Part shown: positions 40,816 through 54,861 of the stretch, in pieces
How positions within the stretch are numbered: the first letter of the stretch is position 1
Layout of the letters: each line of letters starts with the position of its first letter
DNA from: the human T2T-CHM13v2.0 reference genome, Homo sapiens
DNA length: 64,000 nucleotides
Assembly: GCF_009914755.1 (NCBI RefSeq)
Contig: NC_060927.1
Reading direction: 5' to 3' (one strand)
Translations under genes and position numbers: made by a program
The notes under the pieces: generated by a model
Told to the model about the DNA's origin: nothing
What the model saw: only the letters and a program-made list of their open reading frames with translations
Databases searched by the model: none

Positions 40816-42469
40816 AGGCTGGCAGCTGCTGGGCTCTGGGTGAATAGGTGGAAGATCAATGTTGTTCATGACACACACAGACATACACACACAGCCCTCT
40901 CCTCACTCTGGCGGGATGTCGGGGGTCATGTCCACCTCAGACATGCAGAAGTCATGGGAATGGAGTGGGAACAGCACCTCACTGCAACTGACAGGAGTGG
41001 GAAGGGTGGGAGGTGAGGGATCAAATCCCAGTCCTTGTTCTGGTTCTGTCCCTACTGTGTGTGGGAGCTTAGACAGGTCAGCTGTCCTTGCTGAGCCTCA
41101 GTGTCCTTCTCTGAGAATGGGCAGGCAATGTGTGTGTGCGTGTGTGTGTGTGTGCACTCGCACACGCAGAATTACCCGGATGGAGCAAAGGTTACGCGAG
41201 GTGACCAGCATGTGCAGACTGAGGCCACAGGAGGCTCCACTGCCAACATAGACACACATCTGGTCATGAGGAAGCTGCAACAATCTGGCCACCCAGGAGA
41301 AGTCTCAGTCCACTAAAAATAGGGCCCTGACACTCTTAAAACCTGAGGCCTTCTTGAGAGATGGTGAGGGCAGCAGGCAATGGGGGAAGTGGCCACTTTC
41401 CTCTGCAGGATGAGGAAGAGACGGGGAAGCGGCTGGTGCTTGGTGAGCAGGTGCACCTGTCATCCCCAAGTTCATAAAGAGAAGAGAAAGGAGCCCTGGT
41501 TCCCATCAGTCTGTAGCAGAAGCAGGGGATGGAAATACCCGAGAACAAAACTGGGAATGGCGGGGTGGTCCCAGGGCCAGACTTGGAAAATATGCATGGG
41601 GCCTGTGAATGCCCCTTAAACGTGGTTTTCATGTGCTGGAGCTAAAGGTGACTTTAAAAATATGCTAGTTCCCACAATGACCATGCGCTACTATTGTAGC
41701 CACAGTAAAAGTGTGTGCCCACACCCAAAATATCATTCTATGAAGCAAAAGGGAGGCATCTAAACTAATTGATAAGCAAGATGTTCATATGATGGAAGCC
41801 ACCTTTAACACAACGTTCTCCAAGCTGGATTTTCACCTAATTTACCAGGAGAACTTGTTACCAGAATCTGGAAAGAGATTCCTGGCCCTGTGCAGGTCTC
41901 CTGAGTGGCAATCTCCAGGGCACGGAGGCTGGAAATGTGTTTCTGACACCCCACCCCACTATGATCAAGAAAGTTTGGCTCAACTCTAAGCAGGCATTTC
42001 TCGAGCAGGGGTTAAAAGAATTACAAGCCAGGTCTTTCCCATTAAAAGACTCTAAATGTGGCCAGGAAACTTCAGTTCCTCCTAAACAAGGCAGGACGAT
42101 ATGCTCAAGTTACAAAGTGCCACCAACAAAGATTTAACAGGGTTTTCCTCCCAGGGAGAATGTGGGTTAGAGAGGAGGACATTCTACTCTATTTCAGATC
42201 CTGTTACAACAATATTTCTGTGTTTTACTGGTGCAATTTAAAAATTTAAATAAAAAGGACAAATACACCAAGTGCTGACATAGCCTGGGAAAGGAGTAAT
42301 TAATTCTCTAAATGGCCAGTGGGGAAGACTTCAGAGGTGGAGTTTTAGCTGGGTTTTAAAGAAAAAGTAACAAAATGACAGAAACAATCATTAAACTCTG
42401 TTAAATGTCAATTACTCTTCTTAATATTTGAAATATACTGATTTCATCCCCCCAGCAATGCTATAGAGC

Positions 42470-42812
42470 AGGTGTTTGTGAGCGAGGCTATTGATACCCC
42501 AGCCTCCCCAGCCCCTAGCTCTGTGGAGGTGCCAGCTTCTCACACTTGCTCCCTTCTCCTGGGGATGTTGTCCTTGGCTTACAGGAACCACTGGGTGGCA
42601 ACAGCCTCCGCACCTCTGCGGTGCAATTCACACACCTGTCGTCCGCATGGGATCAGGCTGAGAGTGGACTTCTCTGGGAACCTCATCTTCGCTGGCCCCT
42701 ATCCTGCCTGTCTTCTTCTACTATAGATTTCTCCTGTGAGCATACCCCCAGTAAACCCCACACATAAGCATCCCCATCTCAGGCTCTGCTTCTGGGGAAC
42801 CTGACTTCAGAT
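42470..42812 (+). mobile_element. LTR16/LTR33-like ERVL LTR
   Basis: 3' end cccagtaaa…ccatctcaggctctgcttctggggaacctgac. Confidence 0.55.
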
Positions 42813-43979
42813 CATTTTCCCATCCCCATTTTGCAGTTGAGGAAACAAAGTCACAGATCAGCAAAGGCACTGATCTAGAAAGGGGAAGAGCCAGGCCAGC
42901 TGACTCCCATCCATCCTAGAAGGATGTTTCTAAGAGCACAAGGAAACAGGAGCAAGGCATGTCAGGCAGACAGAGCACATGATCGGGGCACGGAAACGCA
43001 TGGAAGGGAAGGGGTGTGAGGGGTGTAGGGCAAAGTGAGGCACAGGGGAGAGGCAGGAGGGAAGGTGAGCTCGCAGCATAGGTTCTGGGAGCCGAGCTGA
43101 GGATTCATCCATCCACTGATCCAACACACGTGTTCCTGGGCTCATGGGGAGCCCAGGAAAGAAGATGGACCCACACAAGCTCAGGTTTGCACAAACCCAA
43201 ATGTTCAGGAAAGCAAACCTGGGCCATTTTAGCTGGGTTCTATAGTAGGGGAAGGTAGGCACAGATAGAGATGGTGGTGGTGGTTGAGGGGTGGGGCTAG
43301 AAATAAGGGAAATGCATTTGACTGCACTTCTGCAAGAAAGAGTATGACCATTTGGCTGAACCTAGGCCAGTGTGGCATGGAAGGCCAACTCTGGCTCATG
43401 GATATCTTAAAGGGCTGATAGCACCATGGGACTGTGTTTATTAAGATGGAATTAAATGAGGACAAAGAGCCTGTCCTGATTTGTGGTAGTAAGGTTGCAA
43501 TCCCTCAAGTTCAGATGGAAATCTCCATCTAACTTGAAAGCCATGTATTTGACGGAGAACACTGAGGACTTAAATTGACCATAGATTTAATATTTGCCAG
43601 AGTAGCTGCTGGAACGGTGAGTGCAGTTGTAAGCAGGAAACCTTGTCATGTCAGAAAACTGCAGACAACACTGGGGATGGAGAGGAGTCTGCAGGCTGTG
43701 TGTGTGGATTGTGATGTCCCAGACAGGCCAGATGCATTCTGTGGGTAGAAAGGGTCGAAAATGGCTACTCAGAGATCAGACTGCTGCCTCCAAAGGGCAG
43801 GACCTTTCTGAGGGCTTAGGTTGATCCCCTTTACTGGGTGGGACCCCAAGAAGTAAAAGGAAGAAGGTGGAGGTGAGGAGGGCTGCTAAGTCCAGGGGAG
43901 GAAGAAGGGCTTTTCTCCGATAAATATTTGGTCTTTAGACATCATCTTTAGAGAAGATCTAGCATCCTTTTGATGGGGT

Positions 43980-44412
43980 GACTTTGCATGGCATCCAACA
44001 AAGGTGCTGGTATTGCCTCATTCCAATCTTCTGGGCAAACGTGTAACTCTTTGCCTGATAACCCTTTTCTGACAGCAGACACACCATCAGCCCACATACT
44101 GGGCAAGCCAGACCTGGTGGAGAGTTGGTACCCGCTGTGAGCAGCCCTCAACAAGTAACTGATGGGAGTTGTTGTGTACATTCTCCAGCTCCCTCGCCCT
44201 CGGGGAGGATGACTCTGAGGCCCCGAGGACCCTGGTGGGACTGAGCTCCGGTGGCCCCCAGTGGTGGGTTGCTTAATGATGCATCCTTTGTTGGCCTTTC
44301 CTCCCTGCCACTCCTCTCCCCTCACTGGTATTTTCTGGAATCAATTCGCAATTAAACTGCTTGTACTTGAATCCTTGTCTTGGGGTTTGTTTATGGGGAA
44401 ACAAAATCCAGG
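43980..44412 (+). mobile_element. LTR16-like ERVL LTR
   Basis: …ttggcctttcctccctgcc…aattaaactgcttgtacttgaatccttgtcttggggtttg…ggggaa. Confidence 0.65.
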
Positions 44413-44489
44413 AGAGCATCATAGTTAAACTTTGAGTTGTTTAAGGATATCTTAGAAAGCTTCACAGAGGAGTTGGATTAAATTTTGTT

Positions 44490-45780
44490 TTATACCCTAA
44501 AACTGCAATAATTATACTAGTGTGGTCTTGGTGCATGAAGAGATAGACATACCAGTAGAACAGAATAGAAAGTCCAGAAATAGGCTCCAGTTCACCCAGG
44601 ACGTTAGTATATGATAAAGGCAACATCTTGAATCAGTGGGGTGTAAATACTTAATATATGATGTTGAGACAAACAGGTGATCATGTGGAAAAGGATGGTT
44701 CGATCCATACACCATACACCAATGCACACCCCTTGAAATGCCATGTGGACCAAATGTCAAGTGGATCACAATTTTTATTTAATTTTAATTTAATTGCAAA
44801 AGCATGGAGGCAGGAAGTGTCAAAGTTTGGGCAAACTTCTTTAAAAATTTGGAGTGGGTAAGGCCTTTCTGATACTCAAAAATTCAAAATCCAGAAAAGA
44901 TAAGATTGATTAATTTAACAAGATTTAAAAAATCTTTTAAAATTCTATGTGGCAAATAAAACAAAAGACAAAAAATAAATTGGAAAAAATGTATTGCAAA
45001 GGTTTAATAACCACAATGTATAAAGAACGTCTAGAAATCAAGATGGAAAAGATCAGCAATCTAATAAAAAATGGGCAAAGGACATGAACAGGCAGTTTCC
45101 CCCGAAATAAATCCAAAAGCCTTTTAAATATCTATAAAGCTGCTCAAGCTCCCTTATAAGAGTAATGTATTTAAAAGCGCACTGATAGATCATATGAGTC
45201 TGATGCAAGCTATCAGTGAGGCTTGGGGAAACGTGTGCTCTCATCCTTTGCAGGTGGGAATGTGTAACTCTGTTCAGCTCCATGGAGGGAGCTGTGCAAC
45301 ATCTGTCAAAATGATAACTGCAGCTACTCTGCAATCCAGCAACCCCACTTGGAGAAATTTGTTCCATGGATACACCAGTGCACACCTGGAACATGCTATT
45401 CCTGCAGCATTGTCCAGAATAGTAAAGGGCTGGAAACACCCCCAAGAGGCCATCAGCTGGAGACATGGTAGATAAATGATGGAACATTTACACAGTGAAA
45501 TACTCTGCAGCTGTATAAAGAATGAGGAAGCTCTGTATTCAGTGATGGGGAAAGAGTGCCAGGCTCTCTTGAACAAACAAGATGCAAACCAGTATATATC
45601 AGTATATGTAACATTCTTTTTAAAAATGGCTTTATTGAAATATAATTTACATATTATAAAGTTCACTCATTTAAAGTAATAATTCAATGACTTTTACTAT
45701 ATTTATGGAGTTGTGCAACCATCACCATAATCTAATTTCATAACATTTTTGTCATCCCCCAAAGAAACCTTAGTGTAAGA
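44490..45780 (+). mobile_element. Old L1M ORF2/3' fragments (short reverse L1 3' piece at ~45625-45775)
   Basis: gtgtggtcttggtgcatgaagagatagacataccagtagaacagaatagaaagtccagaaa…aaaatgggcaaaggacatgaacaggcagttt. Confidence 0.75.
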
Positions 45781-46106
45781 AAGGGAGGAAAATGAGAAAA
45801 TACACACATACACACTAACACAGACACACACACACTCACACATACATATACACACACACAGGTCCATACACACTCCATACATCTCTGCATGTGTTGCACT
45901 GCATGTGTTGCACAGGTAAACTCCAGAAAGGTACAGAGGACACTACCACAGGTAGGGTTGGGAATTGTAGGTTCATGTGACATGCTGGAGCTGAGTGTGG
46001 TGGGAAGGGCTGGTGGGAAATGAGCCGGGATGAGCCAGCTGGGGCCATATTGTTTAAGGCCTTAAATATCAGGCCAAAGAATTTGGATTTTGTTTCCCAC
46101 AGAGTC

Positions 46107-46310
46107 CATGCTGTCCAAAAGAACTTTCTGGGATGAAGTATTCTGTATCTATCCTGTCCAATATGGTAGCCACTAGCCACATGAGCCTATTGAGCCCTTG
46201 GGATGTGGTCCATGTAACTGAGGAACTGCATTTCACATTTTATTTAACCTTAATTAATTTACCTTTAAATAGCCATCTGTGGCTTGCAGCTACGGAATTG
46301 GACAGCACAG
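46107..46310 (+). mobile_element. MER3 hAT-Charlie element inserted in an L2
   Basis: gctgtccaaaagaactttctg…tgtccaatatggtagccactagccacatg…ttggacagcacag. Confidence 0.85.
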
Positions 46311-46795
46311 CATAGACCATGGGGAGCCATCGAAGGTTTTGCAGGTGAGGAGTGACACAGCCAGAAATTAGTTTCAGAAAGCTGGGAAAGGATAGATTCC
46401 AGGAGAGCAGATGGAGGCTGCAGACAGTTGGAGAGGTGGCCATGGCAACATCACACAGAGAAGGGGAACACTGACCCAAAGTAAGCACCCAGGGCTGGAT
46501 AAGAAGGGATGGGTTTGGGAAACTTTTAGAAGGGAATATAGATAAGTCGATGGATGTGAGGGTGAGGAGAGAGTTGAGGACGACTCTGCTGTTCTTGTCT
46601 TAGTAGCTAAGGGGATCTTCTCCCTCTTCCCCAGCTTCACCTGGCTCCAGCCACACTGGCCTCCTCCCTGTTCCCCCAACACCAAATGCACTTATTCAGA
46701 TCTCAGCTTTCATCTTGTCTTCTAAGGACAGAAGGCACGCTCTATCTTTCTGTGGCCTGCATCTTTCCCTGAGGGCCCTGCTGTCAGGCCTGTAT

Positions 46796-47000
46796 TTTTC
46801 CTCCTCCTGTTGGGAGGGGACTGCATCTTTTGGTCCTCTTCCTCTTCCTGCTAGGAGGGGGCTGTGTCTTTTTTGTCCTCTTCCTCCTCCTGTTGGGAGG
46901 GGACTGAGTCTTTCTGGAGCTCTTCCTCCTGTTGGGAGGGGGCTGTGTCTTTTTGATCCTCTTCCTCCTCCTGTTGGGAGGAGACTGTATCTTTTTGGCT
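46796..47000. repeat. Minisatellite, ~5 copies of a 39-42 bp unit
   Basis: Anchor ctgttgggagg recurs at 46807, 46848 (variant), 46890, 46929 and 46971. Confidence 0.9.
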
Positions 47001-47601
47001 CACTTCTGTATCCTTACTGCTTATCACAGAGCCTGGCATGGAGCAGGCCTCTAAACGTAAGTGGAGATGAGTGAATAAGGTGATAGGAAGGAAGGGTTGA
47101 GAAAACCTTTTTACCCCAGCTTTCCCAAGAGAACTGTCCAGAGACCTGGGAAGAGGTGCTATGGCCGCCATGGTAACCAGCACCTATGCTGAGGTTACAG
47201 GCTCTGGGACGGGCCCAGAGGACAGGGTACTGGTCTTTTCGGCCTCTCTAGGCCAACAGCCGGGATGATTTAGAAAATCAAATCCACCCACTCTATTCCC
47301 ACTGCTCCTTGCTGAAAAGGGTGTCACACCATCCAAGTAATAACAGGACGCTCATCAGAATCCTCAAGGAGGAGGGCCCAGTGGGCCCCGTGGCTCCGTG
47401 CACTGAGCACCATATCATCCAGTGAAGCTAGGAAGGTGAATGGGACAGCCGGGGTCCTGCTGCCCCATTGAGCCGAATGCGATTTCTGGCCCTGCCTCTG
47501 GCCCACCATGGAACCTTGAACCTCCATCTTCTCATCTAAACACTGGTGGTAGTGATTCCTATTTTGCAATATTGTTGCCAGGGATGGACATTAAAAATGG
47601 A

Positions 47602-47754
47602 ATTAAGAGAAATACCTATTGTAAATGACGAGTTAATGGGTGCAGCACACCAGCATGGCACATGTATACATATGTAACAAACCTGCACATTGTGCACATG
47701 TACTCTAGAACTTAAAGTATAATTTAAAAAAAAGAAAAGAAAAGAAAAAAAAAA
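47602..47754 (+). mobile_element. Primate L1PA 3' terminal fragment with poly(A)
   Basis: gagaaatacct…gtaaatgacgagttaatgggtgcagcacaccagcatggcacatgtatacatatgtaacaaacctgcac…agaacttaaagtataat. Confidence 0.93.
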
Positions 47755-48769
47755 CACTTGGCACATAGTGTGGCTGCAATCATCGTTATCTATCAGGAAA
47801 CCCCATGACTCGTGAGGCTTCAACTCCCTAATTAAAAATAGTAGAGAGTCCAGAAGACTAGGGGTGAGCATATTCAGCCTAGAAATGAGGTACCACAGTC
47901 AGAGATGATGATAATAATCACAATATTGGCAATTATATAGAACTTGCTATGTGCCAGGCACTGTTTGGATGTTTTGCTTTCACCAGCTCATTTAATCTCA
48001 CAACATCCATCAGGTAGATGCCACTTCACAGATGAGGAAATTGAGACAGGGGTGAAGGAACTTTCCCGAGATCACACTGTCCTGACTGTCCGGTGCCTCT
48101 GTGCTTTCAGCCAAACCTTTCCCTTACTCTCAGAAAGGACACACTTCACTGTTAGAGCCCGACTCTACCCCTGACCTGGAGAACTGGCCCCTAACAGGAG
48201 TGTGCGTAGCCATCTGGCAGCCCTGTGTTTGTTAGGTGCCTGGGGTACCAGGTGGGTGACTTGGGATCAGCTGATTCAGGAACAGTCAAGGTCCCAGGAC
48301 TCAGGGTTGGAGGGTTGGATTGGTGGAGAAGCTGCCTCACTTCTGAGCCTCAGTTTCCACATATGTAGGGCAAGGGATATAGTACTTGCCTTGCAGGGCT
48401 GTTGCAGGCATTAACTGGCCTGCTCTATGGAAAGCACTAAGCATGTCATAGGGGCTCCATGAATGCCAAGTCCCTCCCACTAAGGAACAAAGGCACCTAT
48501 GTGGAGTGATACTTGGGGGTACTGGAGGTGGAGAGAGGAGGAAGGATTTGGGGTGGCGCCTGGAATGGAACTGGAACCCAAGCACCTGGCAGGGAGGGTT
48601 TTAGGAAAAGGGCTGCCACCGGCTCCAGCTCAGGGTAGAAGCTTCCTGTGCCTACCCAGGACTGAGCCCAAGAATGGAACCAGGAGAAATGTTCTCATTA
48701 GCAGGGGAAATGCCAAGTTTGTCAGCACTGATTACAACTATTAAGTTGTGTATAAATGTGGACAAGGAG

Positions 48770-49211
<442 letters not shown>

Positions 49212-49513
49212 TCATGATGGCCTTTGTCCTTTTCCTTATATTTTCTGCCCAAGACTTTCTGTTGGCTAAATGTAGAACGTAGCAAAGTCTCCTTTGGAAG
49301 GGGACACAGATGAATGAGACACCCCCCGCCACTCTCCATCCAAGCTCACTGGCCTGTATGAGGGGGAAACAAGGCAGGACTGACAAAGTTCCCTTTTCTT
49401 AGCCCAAGGTCAGCCAGAGAGGCCTCTGGGATGAGGCAATCCGGAGTTTAATCTTAGGCAGTGAGTAGAGTGGTCCTAGAGGACAGTGTGTGTGAGCACG
49501 TGCTTGTGTAGAG

Positions 49514-49875
49514 TGTCTTGGTCTGTCCAGGCAGCTACAACAAAATATCATAGACTGGGTGGCTTATAAACCACAGAAATGTGTTTCTCACTGTCCAGAG
49601 GCTGGGAAGTCCAAGAGCAAGGCGCTGGTAGAATTGGTATCTGTTGAGGCCCACTTCCTGGTTTGTAGAGGACCTTCTTTTCACTGTGTCCTCACATGAT
49701 GGGAGGGGTAAGGAAACTCTGGTGTTGCTTTTTTAGGTTACCAATCCCATTCATGAGGGCTCCATCCTCATGACCTAATCACCTTCCAAAGGCCTCACAT
49801 CCTAGTACCATTGCCCTGGGGGTGAGGATTTCAACATAGAAATTTGAGAGGGATATAAGCTTTCAATCTATAGCA
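49514..49875 (-). mobile_element. MLT1A-type MaLR solo LTR
   Basis: tgtcttggtc…catagactgggtggcttataaac…gaggctgggaagtccaag…cctcatgacctaatcacc…ctatagca. Confidence 0.85.
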
Positions 49876-52800
49876 ATGCATATGCATGCATGTGTGTATG
49901 TGTATACGTGTGTGTGCATGTGTCTATGTGTGTGCATATGTGTGTAAGTGTGTGCACATATGTGTGCATGAATGGGAGAGAGAGGAAGGGCATGCCTGGA
50001 AGTGGGCACGGCAGGAGCAAAGGCAAACAGGTGACAGCAGCATGGGACATGGAAGAAACTGGAAGTGACTCAGCCCCCGGAGTGTGATGCGGGACACTGA
50101 AAGCATGGGATACAGGCCGGAATTAGTAGAGGATGGAACACTATAGTCCTCAGAAGACGCATGATGGGGATTTGTTGGATTTCATCCTAATGGACACAGG
50201 GAGCCATGGGTGGGCTCAAGCAGCGTGTGACATGATCAGAGCAGCAGGGATGCTTTTCTGGGAGAGTTTCTGCACCTCCACGCACCTTCCCCAACCAACA
50301 CTTGTGGCCCCTGGACCAAAGCCTTGTCCTGGTTTCCACACTTCCCCAGCTATGGCAGCCACCTATGACCTGATGTAACACAACCTGAAATTGACGGTTA
50401 AGGCTTCGGGTTCTGTGAAACAAATCAGTGGCCTACTTTTTTATGTGCTGAGTGAGAAATTTGATAAAACAGGTGCCCCTATAGATTGTCCCAGGAAACA
50501 CAAGTGGGGCAGAACTAGGGCATGTAAGTTCTAGGGCTGGAGAGGCAGATGTGGAGGTGGTAGAAAGGCAAACTTTCTCAAGATAAGCACTGCCCCGCGC
50601 CCAAGTGGTCTTCCATGGGTCACTCTGGAGAGCTGCCCAACAGAGCCAGCTCCCCTGACTCAAACAGGCCTGGGCTGGGTAGTTGTCTGTGGAGGCTAGC
50701 ACCTTAGCAAAGGGCCTCTCCAAATTGCGGTAATTGTATTCAGAACAGAGACTCTTAAGCGTTTGCTAAGAGCAGTTGAAGACCTGTTAGCAACCCTGAA
50801 CCCAACTGTTAGAAGGAGTTTGTTGAAAACGGAGTTTGTTTTTATGTCTTTCCTTTTATTTGGTTTCCATATATTTATTATCCCCTCTGGGATTCAACTA
50901 GACCAAAAAAAAAAAAAAAAAAGAATTTGATGGGGAAAAAAGGTACTCTGAATAACAGGTTCTCTGTGGGGAGAAAGTGTTCATTTCAAAAATAACCTGA
51001 AAGCAGGGAGTGACGGTCCCCATTTCTCAAAGATGAGACAAAATCTAAATGACTCTCTTGAGCATCCAAAGGACTTTTGTGCAAGGCAGCCAATAAATTA
51101 AGCCCTGTTTAGAAGGCATCTTCTTTCTTCATCTCTGGTCAATAAAAGTAGCTATTTCTCCCAGTCCAGTGCTTCCTTCCTGAACAACACCATGGGAAGA
51201 TGACAGATACGTTTTCTCCAGCCACTGCCAGGCTGTGTCTGATCCTTTCCGCTCTTCTCTCCTTACCACGTTCCCTTGTGTTCTCTGGTCCCATCCCTTC
51301 CTTGTCTCGAAGGCCCCTTTGACTGTCTATACCCAGAATGTCTCTGGGCCATGACAGAGAAAGCCCTGGGGTTGGAGTTAAATAGCAAACCAACCTGTGT
51401 TCGAGTCTTGGCTTTGCTCCTTGGTGTCCGTGTGAACTTGGGCAAGTGGTTGACCACCATGAGCCTCTGCATCCTCCTCTGCTAATTGCAGTTAGTATTT
51501 TCTACTTCCCTGGAGTGTTGGGAGGGGATCATGAGGGAAATGTTGCAAAAGCCCCCGGGCAGGATCTGGCACACACAGCTGCTTGGTGAGCCTGAGTTGA
51601 ATGCTCAAGGGCCGTATCCTGGTGGGGCCTTAGCTCAAAGTGTGGGGCAGCAGTGAGGGCATTTCAAATAGCCCAGGAACTTCCCTGCATTCCCCAACCC
51701 CCTGTGCTATTAACTTGGGACCACCCGACTTGCTCTGGCTGATGGGCCATGAGCCAAGGGGATGCATATCATTTCTAGGCTGACACAGATAACCACTGAT
51801 GTTCCTCCTTTGTCTCTCCCCTCCTTGCTATGGAGACTTGCAGGGCCCTACCTAAGTTGAGATGACAGAACCAGGAGGTCCCTGAGTCACCACATGCAGA
51901 AGAGACTTTGCATGAGCAAGAAATAAACCTTTTATACACTAAGCCACTGAAATTTCAGAGGTTTGTCTGCTCCATTAATTAACTCACCAAGCCAACAAAG
52001 CAGGAAATACTTATTGAGCTTATACACATGTGCCAAGCATTGCACTAGGTGCGAAAAATGCAGCGGTGATCAAGGCAGATGTATAGCAGAATTACATGTG
52101 CTATGGTGCTATGGTGGTAAGGGAGATGGGGGTCTAACGTGGGCACAGGTGGTGAAAACGAGGCAGTCAAGCTTTCCCGTGAAGATCCTATCTGTTGCAA
52201 AGTTTTCAGGAGCAGACTTCTGTGTGGGTTACTCTTAGGTTCAGTAAACCTAAAAGTGGAGAAAGTTCTTGTGCATTTGCTTGTCTCCATGGTGGACTCT
52301 GTTCTAATGTGAAGACATTACAGCCTCGGCTCCCTCTAACAGATGTTTATGCAGGTGAAGCTAGGGTGAGGTGGGTTCAAAGGGTGGCAACAAATTAAAT
52401 TTAAAAAATGTAACTCCAGGCCATTGTTCCTGCTCTCCCAGGGATCCTGCTGTACTGGTCACCTACAGGCAAGATAGGGGGTTATTTGGGATATTTCTCT
52501 CTAGTGATTTTTCCTTGTGGGATTGGGGGATGGGCTGATCTTTGTCACTGTAATGGTGCCCTTATGCACCCAATGACTACTTTTCTGAGAGTCTGCTATA
52601 TGCTGGGTCCGTCCTAAGTGCCAAGGGACAAAAGAGAGCAAAGGAGCATCTCTGAGACCCAGGTGCCCAAATTTAGCTGCCCAGGGATGAAGTCAGGGCC
52701 AATGGACATCTCCTCATGCCCCATCTGCGAGCCTAAAGATTGCATGTGGTCCCATACGATGGCCCCATGCAATCTTTATTGGATGTGCAGAGTCCAACAA

Positions 52801-54861
52801 ACCTAGAAGCTTCATTACAGCCTGGGGTTTGCTTTTGAGATTGATGTCTCTGTCTTACAAGCAGGAAGGCAAGACTTGGAGAAGTCACACAGCCAGTTGA
52901 AGAGAATGTCAAAACCCAAATGCACACCTCTTCATTCCTATCCCAGGTTTCTTTCCAGTTTACCAAGAAGGAAACAAACCTCCAACTGCATATGAATAAA
53001 GAAGGAGACAAGCCCTGTCCCCCCCAACTCTGCAGCATCCTGTTTACACACAGGAACAGCCAACCCTAAATTTAGCAAACAGGACCACATCTCAGCCTCG
53101 GCATCAAGTTCCAAAGTGCTGAGGAGGCTATATGCTTTCCCAAGCAAACTGGAGGCACCAGAACGAAAGGTACTATTTGCAGCCTGACACATGAATCATT
53201 TAGAGCCTGAGATCCAGTTTGGAGAGTGGCTGGGTGTCCACTCATCCATCCTCGCAAAGCACACCCCAGATCGATACTCGCCTCAGAGCCAAAATCAGAA
53301 AAGCAGCCAGCCTCATCAGGCAGGCTATTACTGGAAGCTGCTGAAAGTGGAAGGATACAGGGATGGTGGATTTTGGATGGCGGCCAGCCCTCCTGGGTAA
53401 TGCCCAATAACAGCACCAAGTACACACAAAGCACTCCTGAGGTTACAATGCTTTTTCTGTCCATAATCCATGGAATCCTACCCAAGAGGGGTGAATGATG
53501 CCAGCCCCTTTTGCAAATGAGGAAGCTGAGGTTCAGAGAGGCTGAGGGCTCATTCCAGCTCACAACTGGTCAGTGGCACGGCCACAACAAACAGGGTTTT
53601 AGCTTCCTACTGGTTGCTCTTCCTGCTGATCTAGGCTACTGTGTCTTCGGGTTGGCCACAAAAGGGGGAGCAAAGACCTTCCCTGCACCTGTCCCCCACT
53701 GCCCTCCCCTCGAGTCAGTTATGGCACTGTGACATTTCCTGCACGCAGGGTGGGGCTACTGATGTCCACAACATGTGTGTGGGCCCAGTGCATCCTCCTT
53801 TCTCCACACTGCTGAGAGGTGAGCTGGCTGAGAAAGGGGCCCACAGGTGGTCTGGCCTCACCCTGCCCTGCTCCTCTTAACTTAACCCTCAGGGCCAGGC
53901 TTTGGAGAGAATGATGGGAAAGCACTGGGAGGGTGGTTTAGGCCAAACGCAGGAGTGCGGGGGAAAGGTTTGCAGGGAGGAACGTAGTTTTAGTTATGTC
54001 TTGGGAAGCCCCCTCTGGCTGTACTGCAGGGGCTGGATTGAAGGGGACAAGACTCTGAGTGTTGGGAAGGAGGGTGGGGGAGGGGGAGGCTGGGACAGTC
54101 AGCCAGGTGGTGTACCTGGAAGGTGGAGACTGCTGACAGGAGCTAGAGAAAGAGCCTGATCGGAGTTGGTGGTATGATAGTTGGTTGGAATGGTATGGAA
54201 AGAAGGAGCTGAACACTGCACCAACCTCAGTTCCAGCAAAGGAAGAGGAGAAACCTTGTGTAAAAGCAAATGTATTTCTTCATGGCGTATTTATTAAGCA
54301 CCTACCCTATGTCAGGCCAGGAGGTTAAGACTTTAAAGTCTAGAACTAGAAGACCCTTAGTAAGCAACCAGTTCCAATCCAACATCACACAGGTAACACT
54401 GAGGCTCAGAGAGGGCTGGGGGTTGATGAATGCTCACACAGCAAAGGGGCTTAACTGGGAGTCCCATGCAGATCTCTGAACCTATCCGCCAAACATCAGT
54501 GCCACCCTGAGGCTCTCCTTCTCAACACATGTTTCAGGGCAACCAGACACTGATTTCTGGGTGCATCTCCAGGTCTTAGACTCAGCCCAGCAGGCACATT
54601 CTTAGCCACTAAGCAAAGATCCCGCGTTTACAGACAAGCGCCTAGGCGCAAGATGGCTTTGTCTGGACCTCTCAGAGGCTCAAACCCCCTCACACCGGAC
54701 ACCAGCCCTGATAGGTCCCTGTTTGAGCTCCTCGCCAGGCCTTTCTGGCCTCTGTGTTCTCTGATTCTTCTCATCTTTCCTTTGGAGCTGGAAGCACATT
54801 GTGTCTCTCCCAGTGCATTCCAATAACCACAGTGGGCTGTTCTGTTGAATCAATGACTCGG

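Noticed and set aside
46715-47183. Repeat-peptide ORFs and CRISPR-like periodicity
   Set aside because: The units are contiguous with no unique spacers, the first period (41) breaks frame, and the context is eukaryotic with no cas genes. It is a minisatellite.
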